DNA of 60,741 nt, filler included, from a bacterium UBP13_UBA5359 (GTDB lineage: Bacteria > UBP13 > UBA5359), in the NCBI GenBank assembly GCA_002410925.1. It is 7 parts of 6 records of this genome, joined end to end, with 100 filler letters (N's around TTAATTAATTAA, not from the genome) between each part and the next. Parts side by side here need not be neighbours in the genome. Positions count along the whole stretch, not along the records: positions 15,477 to 45,770 come from DHPR01000010.1; positions 45,871 to 47,051 come from DHPR01000010.1; positions 47,152 to 53,758 come from DHPR01000034.1; 4 more parts are not named here. One strand, written 5' to 3'. Positions 41,593-51,483 of the stretch are shown here, in pieces. How positions within the stretch are numbered: the first letter of the stretch is position 1; each line of letters begins with the position of its first letter. The translations under genes were made by a program, and so were the position numbers. The notes beneath the pieces were generated by a model that was given only the letters and a program-made list of their open reading frames with translations, did not search any database and was not told the origin of the DNA.

Positions 41593-43430
41593 GCGAACGG
41601 TCTTTCCATGAAAAAGATAAGATATGGATATTTGAGACCCGGATCTATCGTTCTCCACTGGCTCAGTATTATGAGGATGAATTTCTGGTAGAGCCGGATC
41701 CCTATCCGGAAGCTATATTGCAGGGCTTGAGCCGGCAGGGGTTCAACGGCATTTGGATGCGGGGGCGTTTACGCGATCTGGCAGTTAACACGGCCTTTCC
41801 GGAATTCGGTAAAAGAGCAGAGCAACGTCTGGAGCGCTTGAACGCTCTGATATGCCGAGCCGCTGAATATAACATCAGGGTATATATCTACTTGACCGAA
41901 CCCCTGGGGCTTAATGAGAACGATTCTTTCTTCGAGCGGCATCCCAATGTGCGCGGCATGAGATACTCTATATCCGAGCAGTGGGGCGGCAGCAATCTTT
42001 GGGGTGGCGCCAGAAGCGCCCTTTGCTCCAGCACACTCGAAGTTCAGCAGTATTTGAGCCAGAGTACTGCCAATCTCTTTCAAAGCGCTCCCGGCCTGGG
42101 AGGGCTCATCCTCATCACTGCCTCCGAACACCATCATCATTGCTATTCTCATGTAGATCTTACCGGTATGCAGCAAGGCGATCCTCAATTTTCTCGGATA
42201 CAGGAGTGCCCGCGTTGTGCCGAACGGGCGGCGGCCGAAGTTGTATCGGAGATAATCAATACTATCTACAGAAGCGCCGTCAGGGTAAGCTCGTCAGCTG
42301 AAATTATAGCCTGGAACTGGGCATGGAGCCAGTATGAGATAGAGCCGCAGACAAACCTCATCTTCAGTCTCGATCCCGGGGTGATCTGGATGGGCGGGTT
42401 TGAAGCCGGCGCACGGCTCTCTATTGAAGGGAAAGAGACTGTCAATGAAGAGTATTCTCTTAGCTATGTGGGGCCGTCGGAACGCTTCAGAGATGCCGCT
42501 CGTGCAGCCAGAGAGAGCGGCCACAGGGTCTTTGCCAGAATACAGGCAGGGACTACTCACGAGGATGCCTGTATCCCTTACTTACCTGTAATGAATAAAG
42601 TAATAGATAAGATGAAGGCGATGGCTGCAACAGGAGTCGATGGTTATATGGGATGCTGGAATTTCGGTAATTTTCTTTCACCGGTAACGGAATTGATATA
42701 TCGCATGTCCCGGTATCCGCAGCCGGACGGAGAAGCGCTATTGCGTGAGATGGCTAAACGGGATTACGGCACAGAGGCTGCTCCATATATCCTGCAAGCC
42801 TGGAAAGATTTCAGCCGGGCTACAGACCATTATCCTCTTTGCATGTTCCTGCTGGGACAAGGTATACATACTCGCGGGCCTGCCTATCCTTTTCATTTTC
42901 AACCCGTATCCAAACCTACTCCCATCAACTGGCGGGAAGTGCCGTATGAAGATTGGGGCGACGATCATAGCACCTGGACCTCCAAGCTGGGCCTGGATGT
43001 TATACGGAAAGCATATGCCGGGCTCCTTGATGGATGGGCGCAGGGATTGGAGCAACTTCAGGGAGCATCTTTTCATACTACCGGTGAATGCCGGGAGCGG
43101 TTGCAGAAGCATGTCGGAGTGGCTCATTTCTTTTATCATCAGATCAAAAGCAGCTTGAATTTCCTGAACTTTATCGAGGCCAGGGATGCCATGTACGCTG
43201 AGCCGAATAGGGATAAAGCGCTGATATATCTATCGAAGATAGAGGGGATAGCTCGTGATGAATTGGAGCATTGTTCTCAGGTAAAACCCTTACTGGAGAA
43301 GGATTCCACTCTTGGCTGGCATGGAGAGGCATATGCTTATCTGATTGACGTTGCCGGGATAGACCGCAAGCTTGAACAGCTCAAGAAGATGCTCGATGAG
43401 GATATTCCTGCATATAGAGAAAGTCATTAA
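41589..43430 (+). CDS. Uncharacterised 613-aa protein, paralog of 17957-20239 lacking the N-terminal domain
   Basis: GFNG, LCSS, EHHHHCY, CPRC, EYSLSYVGPS, PYLPVM, GPAYP. Confidence 0.6.
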   Translation: MSERSFHEKDKIWIFETRIYRSPLAQYYEDEFLVEPDPYPEAILQGLSRQGFNGIWMRGRLRDLAVNTAFPEFGKRAEQRLERLNALICRAAEYNIRVYIYLTEPLGLNENDSFFERHPNVRGMRYSISEQWGGSNLWGGARSALCSSTLEVQQYLSQSTANLFQSAPGLGGLILITASEHHHHCYSHVDLTGMQQGDPQFSRIQECPRCAERAAAEVVSEIINTIYRSAVRVSSSAEIIAWNWAWSQYEIEPQTNLIFSLDPGVIWMGGFEAGARLSIEGKETVNEEYSLSYVGPSERFRDAARAARESGHRVFARIQAGTTHEDACIPYLPVMNKVIDKMKAMAATGVDGYMGCWNFGNFLSPVTELIYRMSRYPQPDGEALLREMAKRDYGTEAAPYILQAWKDFSRATDHYPLCMFLLGQGIHTRGPAYPFHFQPVSKPTPINWREVPYEDWGDDHSTWTSKLGLDVIRKAYAGLLDGWAQGLEQLQGASFHTTGECRERLQKHVGVAHFFYHQIKSSLNFLNFIEARDAMYAEPNRDKALIYLSKIEGIARDELEHCSQVKPLLEKDSTLGWHGEAYAYLIDVAGIDRKLEQLKKMLDEDIPAYRESH

Positions 43431-43509
43431 AATAGATGAAAAAGCAATATATTAAATGGCTTTACAAGATTTAAAGGCATAAAATACTTTAAGAACAGGA
43501 GAAAAGAAT

Positions 43510-44670
43510 ATGCTTAAACTGATGATTCCCGGACCTACTGAAGTAAGCAGCGCTGTCAGTGAAGAGATGGGCCGGCCTATGCAGCCTCATTACGGATCGG
43601 AGTGGTGCGAGCTTTACGCTCAGGTGACAGATAAGCTCAAACAGGTCTTTCAGACTCGGAACGATCTCTATGTTCTGGCCGCCACCTCATCCTCCGCTAT
43701 GGAATTGGCCGTCAGCCATGCCGTAGAGCCTGGAGAGTCCATACTCATCTGCAACAACGGCGTCTTTGGCGATAGATTCACTGAGATGGCTGAGTTGCAC
43801 GGAGCCGCAGTAGTAACCACCCGAAGCGAATACGGTTGTCCCATCACCGGAGAACAGGTATATAGAGCTTTGCAAGAGCATCCCGAAGTAAGAGCGCTGG
43901 CCGTAGTTCATAACGAATCTTCTACAGCCGTGGAATCGAATCTGACGAAGATTATGCAGGCTGCCGCCGTCCGGCCTGATGTGCTGACCATTGTGGATTG
44001 CGTCTCTAGCATGGGAGGGGTGGATATCCCCACCGACGAACTTGGCATAGATTATTGTCTCAGCGGCAGCCAGAAAAGCTTCGGTGCTCCTGCCGGACTG
44101 GCCTTTGTCAGCATCAGTCCCAAAGCCTGGGAGAGAATTGGCGCTAGAAGAGAACCCGTTCGAGGGTGGTATCTTAATCTGAATATTCTGCGCAATTATA
44201 GAGAGAAGTGGATCAATTGGCATCCGCAGGGACCCAACACTGCTCCGGTTTCCCTCTATAGAGCTCTGAATCGGGCCCTGGATGAAATTCTTGATGAAGG
44301 GCTGAAGAACCGGTTTGCCAGGCATACCCGTGCCAGAGATGCTTTTCGCGCCGCCATGAGAGCCATGGGGCTTGATCTTTACGTTCCCGATCAGTGGTCC
44401 AGCCGGACCCTGACTGCCGTTCGTCTGCCACAGGGCATAGATGGCGGCAAGTTGAGAGAGAATATAGAGAAGCACCATCATATCCTTCTGGCCGGAGGCT
44501 TGGGTGCTACTGCCGATACCGTCATCAGAACAGGCCACCTGGCCCTGACAGCTACATCCGAATATCTTCAGCCTACCATCTCCGCTCTGGAAGAGGAATT
44601 GTCGGCTCTCGGTACCGATATCAATTCCGGGCAGGCCGCCGTTGCTTTCAAGGAGGTATTCAGCCGGTGA
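43510..44670 (+). CDS. Class V PLP aminotransferase (serine-pyruvate/alanine-glyoxylate type)
   Basis: LMIPGPT, VHNESSTA, VDCVSSMGG, SGSQKSFGAPAG. Confidence 0.94.
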   Translation: MLKLMIPGPTEVSSAVSEEMGRPMQPHYGSEWCELYAQVTDKLKQVFQTRNDLYVLAATSSSAMELAVSHAVEPGESILICNNGVFGDRFTEMAELHGAAVVTTRSEYGCPITGEQVYRALQEHPEVRALAVVHNESSTAVESNLTKIMQAAAVRPDVLTIVDCVSSMGGVDIPTDELGIDYCLSGSQKSFGAPAGLAFVSISPKAWERIGARREPVRGWYLNLNILRNYREKWINWHPQGPNTAPVSLYRALNRALDEILDEGLKNRFARHTRARDAFRAAMRAMGLDLYVPDQWSSRTLTAVRLPQGIDGGKLRENIEKHHHILLAGGLGATADTVIRTGHLALTATSEYLQPTISALEEELSALGTDINSGQAAVAFKEVFSR

Positions 44671-45650
44671 GAGAGCTGAGAGTAGGCATAGCCGGATTGG
44701 GAGAATTTGGGGAACTCTATTGCACCATACTCAGCCGAATACCCTATGTCAGAATTACCAGAGTCTGTTCCAGAACAGCCGATCGGGCGCAAGAGATAGC
44801 TGCTGGATATCGGGTGCCGAAAATAAGTACGGATTATGCTGAATTCGCTCAGGCTGAAGATACTGATATCATCTGTGTCGTCACTTTGGGCCGGAATCAT
44901 CGCGACGTAGTCATCCCCGCTCTTGAAGCGGGCAAGCATGTCCTGGTGGAAAAACCTATCGCTGATACTGTGGAAGATGCTCAAGCTATGGTGGATACCG
45001 CTGCTAAATCTCCCGGTAAATTTATGGTAGCTCATATCTGTCGCTTTATGCCCCCTTATCTGCAGGCCGGAGAGCAGATAAGGGCAGGCAGAATCGGGCG
45101 CATTTCCGCCATTCATGCCTGCCGTAACAACCACTACAGTACCCTGGCGCCCGGTAGAAAGAAGAATCCTATGCGGGAAACCGCCATTCACGATATAGAC
45201 CTGGCCCTTTGGTATACCGGCAGCGAGGTGGCGGAAGCCCACGGCTACAAGAGGTATAACCGATCACAAGCAGAAGCGGATAGCTGCTCGGCTGTAGTCA
45301 AGCTGATAAATGGAACCATTTGTACCTTTAGCTCATCCTGGCTGATGCGGGATGCTGCCTCTGCCGGGTTGGACGCCTCCATGAAGGTCATCGGCACCGC
45401 TGGAGAGGTGGAGATTAAAATGCCTCCAGCCAATTATCGTTTTATCGATGATCATTGTCAGTCTGCTTTCAACCTTGAAACCTCTCTGATACCGATAATA
45501 TTGAAGCAATCGGCTCTGGCCCGGGAGATAGAGTATTTTCTGGAATGCGTGCTTGAAGATCGTATGCCGCAGATCATCACTCCGGAAGAGGCCGTCAAGG
45601 CTTTACGGGCGGCCGTAAATATTGATGAAAGATGCACCGAAGTGAAATGA
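44667..45650 (+). CDS. Gfo/Idh/MocA oxidoreductase (GTG start overlapping upstream stop)
   Basis: VGIAGLGEFG, GKHVLVEKP, IHDID; AAGGAGG SD. Confidence 0.93.
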   Translation: MRELRVGIAGLGEFGELYCTILSRIPYVRITRVCSRTADRAQEIAAGYRVPKISTDYAEFAQAEDTDIICVVTLGRNHRDVVIPALEAGKHVLVEKPIADTVEDAQAMVDTAAKSPGKFMVAHICRFMPPYLQAGEQIRAGRIGRISAIHACRNNHYSTLAPGRKKNPMRETAIHDIDLALWYTGSEVAEAHGYKRYNRSQAEADSCSAVVKLINGTICTFSSSWLMRDAASAGLDASMKVIGTAGEVEIKMPPANYRFIDDHCQSAFNLETSLIPIILKQSALAREIEYFLECVLEDRMPQIITPEEAVKALRAAVNIDERCTEVK

Positions 45651-45770
45651 CGATTATCGATACTCATATCCATCTCTTCGAGAAGCCCTACGGTGATCTC
45701 TATGACAATAGCCACATCAGAAAGGGAGCAGGTGGAGAACTGCATCTCTATGAAGATTACCGTCGTAAGT
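45647..45770 (+). CDS. Amidohydrolase-family protein, N-terminal fragment (cut by contig end)
   Basis: MTIIDTHIHLF (DxHxH). Confidence 0.65.
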
Positions 45771-45870
45771 NNNNNNNNNNNNNNNNNNNNNNNNNNNNNN
45801 NNNNNNNNNNNNNNTTAATTAATTAANNNNNNNNNNNNNNNNNNNNNNNNNNNNNNNNNNNNNNNNNNNN
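45771..45870. other. Artificial contig linker
   Basis: N44-TTAATTAATTAA-N44. Confidence 0.99.
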
Positions 45871-46295
45871 TAATCGGCATCAATACAGCTATGATCCAAG
45901 GAGCTCAAGGAATAGGCTTTGCCATTGCTGTCGATGGGGTCAAGGATATTGTCGACCAGCTTATCGATAAGGGTAAGGTTGTGCGTCCCTGGGTAGGCAT
46001 CGGTGTTCAGGATCTTAATCGGGATATGGTTGCCAATCTGGGACTGCCTGCCAATACCAAGGGTATAATCACAGCCCAGGTTTATCCCGGCAGTCCGGCT
46101 GAGAATGCAGGCCTTAAGCCGTATGATGTTATCACGGAGATGAACCGTAAGAGTGTTGATAATACGGCGGCTTTCATTAAAAAAATACGTAGTATGAAGC
46201 CTGGCGATAAGATTACGCTTATGATTATCCGTGATAAGACAAGCAGGCTTATCGCACTCACGGTAGGCGAGATGCCGGTACAATTGGAACAATAA
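45871..46295 (+). CDS. htrA: HtrA/DegP-like serine protease, C-terminal part with PDZ
   Basis: IGINTA..GAQGIGFAI, RPWVGI, GSPAENAGL. Confidence 0.88.
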
Positions 46296-46350
46296 CGATA
46301 ACGATAAGCCCGAATTTAGGCTAAAAATAAGGTAGAGGGATATAAGAAGA

Positions 46351-47051
46351 ATGTTATGTCAGCAATGCAATGCTGCGGAGGCCACCGTTCACTTTACTCA
46401 GATTAGTGGCGGAGAGGTCAATGAACTCTGGCTATGCGAAAAATGCGCTCGTGAGAAGGGTATTGTAGGAGAGAGCGGAGATATCGCTTTTAACCCCTTT
46501 GGAGGGGGCGAGTTTCCTCTGGAGGAACTATTCTCCATGTTCTTTCCTCGCGCAGGCAAGATGGTTGATCGTTACTCCGACAGAAGCCGGAAATCTCTTG
46601 AACAGGCACGAGAGGAAGCCGGACGCCTTAAAAACAATTACCTTGGGACTGAGCATATGTTACTGGGTATAGTCCGCGATTCAGATAATCTGGCGGCCAA
46701 GGCTCTGGTATCTATGGGTGTAGATATAAAGCGCCTAAGAAAAGAGATAGAGACGATCGTTAAAGGCTCCGTACGCTCTATAGCTCAGGGCGGATTAACA
46801 CCCGATGCTAAACATGCGTTGGATATGGCTGTGGATGAGGCCAGGCGTATGGGGCATGGTTATATAGGCCCCGAGCACTTGCTGCTCGGCCTGCTGCGAG
46901 AGGGTCAGGGCACTGCGGCCAAGCTTCTGGCTCAGCAAGGGGTGGATCTAAAAAAAGCTCGCCAGCATCTGGCTGGATTGATGGCTCCGGCTGAAACAGC
47001 GCAAAAACAGCGGCAAACCACTACGCCGGCGCTTGAGACATACGGCAGAGA
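46351..47051 (+). CDS. Clp ATPase (ClpC-like) N-terminal part with extra Zn finger, truncated by contig end
   Basis: MLCQQC...LCEKC; two Clp-N repeats (GTEHMLLG, GPEHLLLG); TPALETYGR. Confidence 0.88.
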
Positions 47052-47151
47052 NNNNNNNNNNNNNNNNNNNNNNNNNNNNNNNNNNNNNNNNNNNNTTAAT
47101 TAATTAANNNNNNNNNNNNNNNNNNNNNNNNNNNNNNNNNNNNNNNNNNNN
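47052..47151. other. Artificial contig linker
   Basis: N44-TTAATTAATTAA-N44. Confidence 0.99.
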
Positions 47152-47270
47152 AAGATACCTCTTTATTTATATTGCATAATTTGCTCAATATACCCTCTTT
47201 ACAGGCATTATTTTTACAAAAATTGCTCTTTCTAGTATAATTACAAGTAACTTTAAACAAGGATGAGATT

Positions 47271-48155
47271 ATGAGTATATTTGATGCGGTAAATATCGGT
47301 AATTCCAACTTCACTATCGAGCATCGCAAGGAAGAGTATAGCCCTTCAATCACCGTTAACCGCCATTGTCACAATCGGTATGAGCTATATCTACTTTTGG
47401 AAGGCAATGTCAATTATTTCATTAAAGAGAAGATCTATAATCTTAGCAAGGGAGATATTGCCGCTATCGGCATGTATGATTTCCATAGAACTATTTACCC
47501 AAATAAAAAAGCCCCTTTTGAGCGTATAGCCATACACTTTGATAAGGATTTCTTAACAGGTATTGATTTTGATCTGGCGGGCATTAATCCCATCGACATC
47601 TTTGAAAGAGGTCCGGATGTAATCCGAGTGGATGCTGACATTAGAAAGCGAATCACCCGTATCACGGAACGTATGTTATCTATGAATGAAGGGAACAGCG
47701 AGGCCGGCAAATGCCTGCTTAAACTTCTTTTGGCAGAGCTTCTTATAGAAGTTCATCTATTAATGAAAAATTTAGAAAAGAACAATCCCTTTTCAGTGAC
47801 AGACGAGATAAAAAAGAAGGTTACTCAGATAATGGAGTATATCAACAAAAATTATTCTTCAAAACTATCGCTGGCCGGCATCGCTGACGAATTCTATATA
47901 AGCCGTTATTATCTGACTAGAGTTTTCAAGCGGTATTCAGGCCTGACCGTGGTTGAATATATCAACAACGTACGCATAAATGAATCTTTGAAGCTGCTTG
48001 AGATCTCAACAGATAGAGTTTCCAAAATCGCTTCAACGGTGGGTTTCAACAGCGCCGCTCATTTTGACAGAGTATTTAGAAGCATCATGCAAACTTCTCC
48101 GCTCAAATATCGCAAGCTGATAGAAACAGGAACTTACTCCAGAGCAGAGCTATAG
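47271..48155 (+). CDS. AraC family regulator with cupin sensor
   Basis: HCHNRYELY; YLTRVFK..G, IA..VGFNS..HF.RVF.....SP..YR. Confidence 0.95.
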   Translation: MSIFDAVNIGNSNFTIEHRKEEYSPSITVNRHCHNRYELYLLLEGNVNYFIKEKIYNLSKGDIAAIGMYDFHRTIYPNKKAPFERIAIHFDKDFLTGIDFDLAGINPIDIFERGPDVIRVDADIRKRITRITERMLSMNEGNSEAGKCLLKLLLAELLIEVHLLMKNLEKNNPFSVTDEIKKKVTQIMEYINKNYSSKLSLAGIADEFYISRYYLTRVFKRYSGLTVVEYINNVRINESLKLLEISTDRVSKIASTVGFNSAAHFDRVFRSIMQTSPLKYRKLIETGTYSRAEL

Positions 48156-48183
48156 ACATAGGCGCAAAGAATGGAACTATTGT

Positions 48184-48229
48184 TTTCCGGGCGGCCGGCA
48201 GCAGAGCAAGGATGCCGGCCGCCCGGAAA
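48184..48229. terminator. Hairpin between convergent genes (likely bidirectional terminator)
   Basis: TTTCCGGGCGGCCGGCA / TGCCGGCCGCCCGGAAA 17-bp perfect stem. Confidence 0.8.
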
Positions 48230-48263
48230 TGCCGAGGAGATAAGATTAAGTTTGGTGCGTTCT

Positions 48264-50579
48264 TTACCCGATCATCCCTTTTGATAAAGGACAGGCCAGC
48301 ACGCAGGCTTCAAAATTGCATGTCCGATGCTTCTGTATAACAGGATGCTGTTTCAAACCATCAGCCAGCTTCCCGGCATCTATCTTGTCAGGAATAGGCA
48401 CTTTCATGTTCCAGCCCAGAAAATCCACGCCTTCCGCGCCTACCATGGAATAGCGCTTGGCCCAGTTACAGCGATTATAGTCCGGAAGGTAGAAACGCTC
48501 TTCATACCCATCCACACTTATGGAAACTTCACCGTTCAGAGCCCTGGTATGACAAGCTGCAGCACAACGGTCACAGGCTGCACATGCAGCCAACAATGAT
48601 CTATCCGCACATACGGAATCAACCTCCATCTCAACATCTGTGACTATGGCGATAAAGCGGATGTTAGGGCCAAACTCCGGTGTCAGCACGAAGCCGCCCT
48701 TGCCGATATGCCCCAATCCGGCGGCTACAGCAGCGAAACGATTGGAGAAGATATCCGGCTGCTCGCCTCGTGGATTATTGATAAACGATCCCGTGCCGCA
48801 GAGGTCGAAAGTCATCGTTGCCTTGAAGCCTCGGTCTTCCAGCATACGCATCAGACGATATCCCATCAGGCTGAGTAGCTTGATCGTCTCATATTGAGCG
48901 AAGGCATACGGGCCGACCGCTTCAGCCGGAGGCATGGCAGTGCGAGCTACCGTAGCCGCCGGAAGGCGCAGCCCCGCCACTATAACAGACCTGGCTCCCG
49001 GCAGATGATCATCCGGCTTCCGGACATGGACGGTTTCGATAGTTATCTCGGGATCATACGGCGTGAATCGCCGCTCTGATTTGTTTCTGGCCTGCAGATA
49101 ACTCTGTCCCTCAAAGACAGCTTCCAGTTGCGGAAGCAGATCGGACAAACGTTTTACCGGGGATATACCGACGAGGTCCGCACCCAGGCCGGTCAACAAG
49201 CCTTTGATATTGCGTTTCCATTCCGCCGAAGATAATACCGGAGGCTGTGGCAACGGAGGAATATTCCAGGATGTGGGGCTTAATCCGGCGCTGGTCAGAA
49301 TGGTCATGGTCTCCGCTTCCCTGCCAGGCAGAATGCCGCCGATCCTATCTTTAACTGTATCTTCCGGGATCCCTGTCTCGCCAAGGGCACTGTAACCCAT
49401 CCGTTCGAGTTCACGGACCAGATCATAGGCAGCGCTTCTTAACATATAGCCTTGTGTAAAAGGTGTAACGGCATCATGGCGCGGTTTACTGTGCAAGACC
49501 AGCGTAACAGCAGTAACGGCATCGGGAAGCAAAGCCTTGACATCTACCCCACGGGCCTCAAACTCCGCCACCGGCGCTACCATCACATAATCTATACCCT
49601 GTCTGTAGGCTATGGCTTGAAGCTTCTCTTCTGCCATGCGCCCGGGGTTGTCACTATCTGCAGAACGACGGCGGCGACGCGGAGCGTTGGTGTAATCCGG
49701 ATCAAAGTAACGCTTGTCCGCCGGCAGGCAATAACGCAGGCAACTGCCCATCTCTCCGCCCCTCAGGCCGTGCTTCTCTATCAACTCCAGAATAATGGCT
49801 TCATCCACCTTGTCAGGCTTGGGCAGATCCAAATCCAGACCAAAATGTTCTCCCCAGGAGCAGCGCCAGAGGTTCTTCTTAGCATAGCGATAGATCTTAT
49901 CCTCGATCTTCACTTCGTTCCAGCCGTCGATCTCCTTCGACAGAGCACCACTCATGCAGTGCTTACGGCACAGCATGCAGTTATCGCAAACGCTGCCGGG
50001 CTCCAGCAACGATGTCGGCTGCAACGATGCCTCGGTAATGATGCTGACATAGCGCTGGCGGGCACCGAATTCAGGTGTTATGGCCAGACCGTTATAACCG
50101 AACTCCGCCAGCCCGGCAGCCACTGCCGCATGCATATGACTGATATCCGGAGCGAACTGCTCCTTGAGATTCTTGTACCCGTTATAGCGCCAGATATTGG
50201 AGGAGACTATAGGAACAGCCGCATAACCCTCTCGCTCCAGCCAGAGCCCCATGCGGTAAGACATCTCATCCAGCCGGGCGTTCATGGTGCCTTGCACGGA
50301 ATACGGTCCCATCTTCTGAGGATGCTCTCTGCCGCCCATCTCTATGGCGGCGTCAGGATGATGAACCGCCATTACTATTACCGACCTGGCTGTCGGCAGT
50401 ATGCCTTGCGGCGACATCATGATCGGCGCATTGGCAAAACGCTCGATATCGGCTATGCCTACCAGGTCTGCACCCAGCACAGACAAGGCATAATCCTTTA
50501 TTCTCCCGGTCAATGCTCCTTCCGCAGATGTAGCCTCCATGGCTGTTCTGTCTTTTACCTTACATTTAGCAACTGACAT
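48264..50579 (-). CDS. Tandem QueG/reductive-dehalogenase-like cobalamin and 4Fe-4S protein (771 aa)
   Basis: Two copies of GADLVGI, LP.ARSVIV, S...AAVAAGL..G......TPEFG...R..I.T and CxxCxxCxxxC, plus a degenerate middle module. Confidence 0.82.
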   Translation of the reverse strand: MSVAKCKVKDRTAMEATSAEGALTGRIKDYALSVLGADLVGIADIERFANAPIMMSPQGILPTARSVIVMAVHHPDAAIEMGGREHPQKMGPYSVQGTMNARLDEMSYRMGLWLEREGYAAVPIVSSNIWRYNGYKNLKEQFAPDISHMHAAVAAGLAEFGYNGLAITPEFGARQRYVSIITEASLQPTSLLEPGSVCDNCMLCRKHCMSGALSKEIDGWNEVKIEDKIYRYAKKNLWRCSWGEHFGLDLDLPKPDKVDEAIILELIEKHGLRGGEMGSCLRYCLPADKRYFDPDYTNAPRRRRRSADSDNPGRMAEEKLQAIAYRQGIDYVMVAPVAEFEARGVDVKALLPDAVTAVTLVLHSKPRHDAVTPFTQGYMLRSAAYDLVRELERMGYSALGETGIPEDTVKDRIGGILPGREAETMTILTSAGLSPTSWNIPPLPQPPVLSSAEWKRNIKGLLTGLGADLVGISPVKRLSDLLPQLEAVFEGQSYLQARNKSERRFTPYDPEITIETVHVRKPDDHLPGARSVIVAGLRLPAATVARTAMPPAEAVGPYAFAQYETIKLLSLMGYRLMRMLEDRGFKATMTFDLCGTGSFINNPRGEQPDIFSNRFAAVAAGLGHIGKGGFVLTPEFGPNIRFIAIVTDVEMEVDSVCADRSLLAACAACDRCAAACHTRALNGEVSISVDGYEERFYLPDYNRCNWAKRYSMVGAEGVDFLGWNMKVPIPDKIDAGKLADGLKQHPVIQKHRTCNFEACVLACPLSKGMIG

Positions 50580-50596
50580 TTGATTCCCTCCTTCTC

Positions 50597-51358
50597 TTAT
50601 TTCCAGATGCTTTCAATCCGCTCGGCTGCCTTTTTTGTTGCAGCACGGATAATTATCATACGTTCCTCACCAGCCCGGAAAGCCGGCAGATGTATGCCGA
50701 TAGCTGCCAGAATACGGCCCTCTGCATCCAGTACCGGAACGCACAAAGAAGCGGTACCTCGTTCTGTCAAGCACTCCTCATCCAGCCTCTGCTCACGGAT
50801 AAGCCCTAATTCCTTTATCAGCGTTTCCCTGTCGCTTATTCCCTTCCAAAGTTTACCGGGCAAACCGTTCACCTCAATGACAACCTCCAGTTCATCGGGA
50901 GAAGCAAAAGCAGCCAGCACACGACCTGTCACCACCTCGAACATGGCGTTATGCTTCTCTGCCGAGGGATCTACCCTCAATAATTGATGGCTGGCAGCCC
51001 TCAGAACTACCCGGCGCCGACCGTTTACCAAAGTAGCCAAAACCACGGCTTCTCCGGTTTCTTCCGCAAGTAAATGGATTATTCCGGACACCCGGTTCAG
51101 CAATGCGCCGGACAGAGCAACACTGCGGACCATATCCCGGCATTTGGAACCGAGCCGGTAGCGATGTTCCCTGTCCTGTTCGATGTAACCGCACACGGAC
51201 ATGGTACGCAGGATATTGTGAGCCGTAGGTGCAGCTATATTAAGATGCCTGGCTATAGTCTGCAACGTCAGCCCTTCTCTTCCGAGTCCTTCCTCTGCCA
51301 GCAGGTCCAGCAGATCCAAAGCACGTTTGATAGATTGTATGGGAACCGTTTTACTCAT
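50597..51358 (-). CDS. IclR family regulator
   Basis: IQSIKRALDLL, PTAHNILRT, ETGE, LCVPV....AAI. Confidence 0.93.
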   Translation of the reverse strand: MSKTVPIQSIKRALDLLDLLAEEGLGREGLTLQTIARHLNIAAPTAHNILRTMSVCGYIEQDREHRYRLGSKCRDMVRSVALSGALLNRVSGIIHLLAEETGEAVVLATLVNGRRRVVLRAASHQLLRVDPSAEKHNAMFEVVTGRVLAAFASPDELEVVIEVNGLPGKLWKGISDRETLIKELGLIREQRLDEECLTERGTASLCVPVLDAEGRILAAIGIHLPAFRAGEERMIIIRAATKKAAERIESIWK

Positions 51359-51372
51359 TTCATCACACACTA

Positions 51373-51429
51373 TTGAATGTTATTCAACTATTTGTGGAAC
51401 TATTATAACCTCTTTCCAGCGGTTGTCAA
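51373..51429 (-). promoter_or_regulatory. Consensus promoter and candidate IclR operator
   Basis: TTGACA-16 nt-TATAAT (51429-51402); palindrome TTGAAT-GTT-ATTCAA at 51373-51387. Confidence 0.7.
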
Positions 51430-51483
51430 TAGGACGCTAAATTTTAAGGGAGGTCACTTTTATCTCTCACTGATATTAAGGTT

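Noticed and set aside
49660-49690. PRRRRRS in the B12 protein as a Tat motif
   Set aside because: Internal linker, not N-terminal, and no following hydrophobic segment
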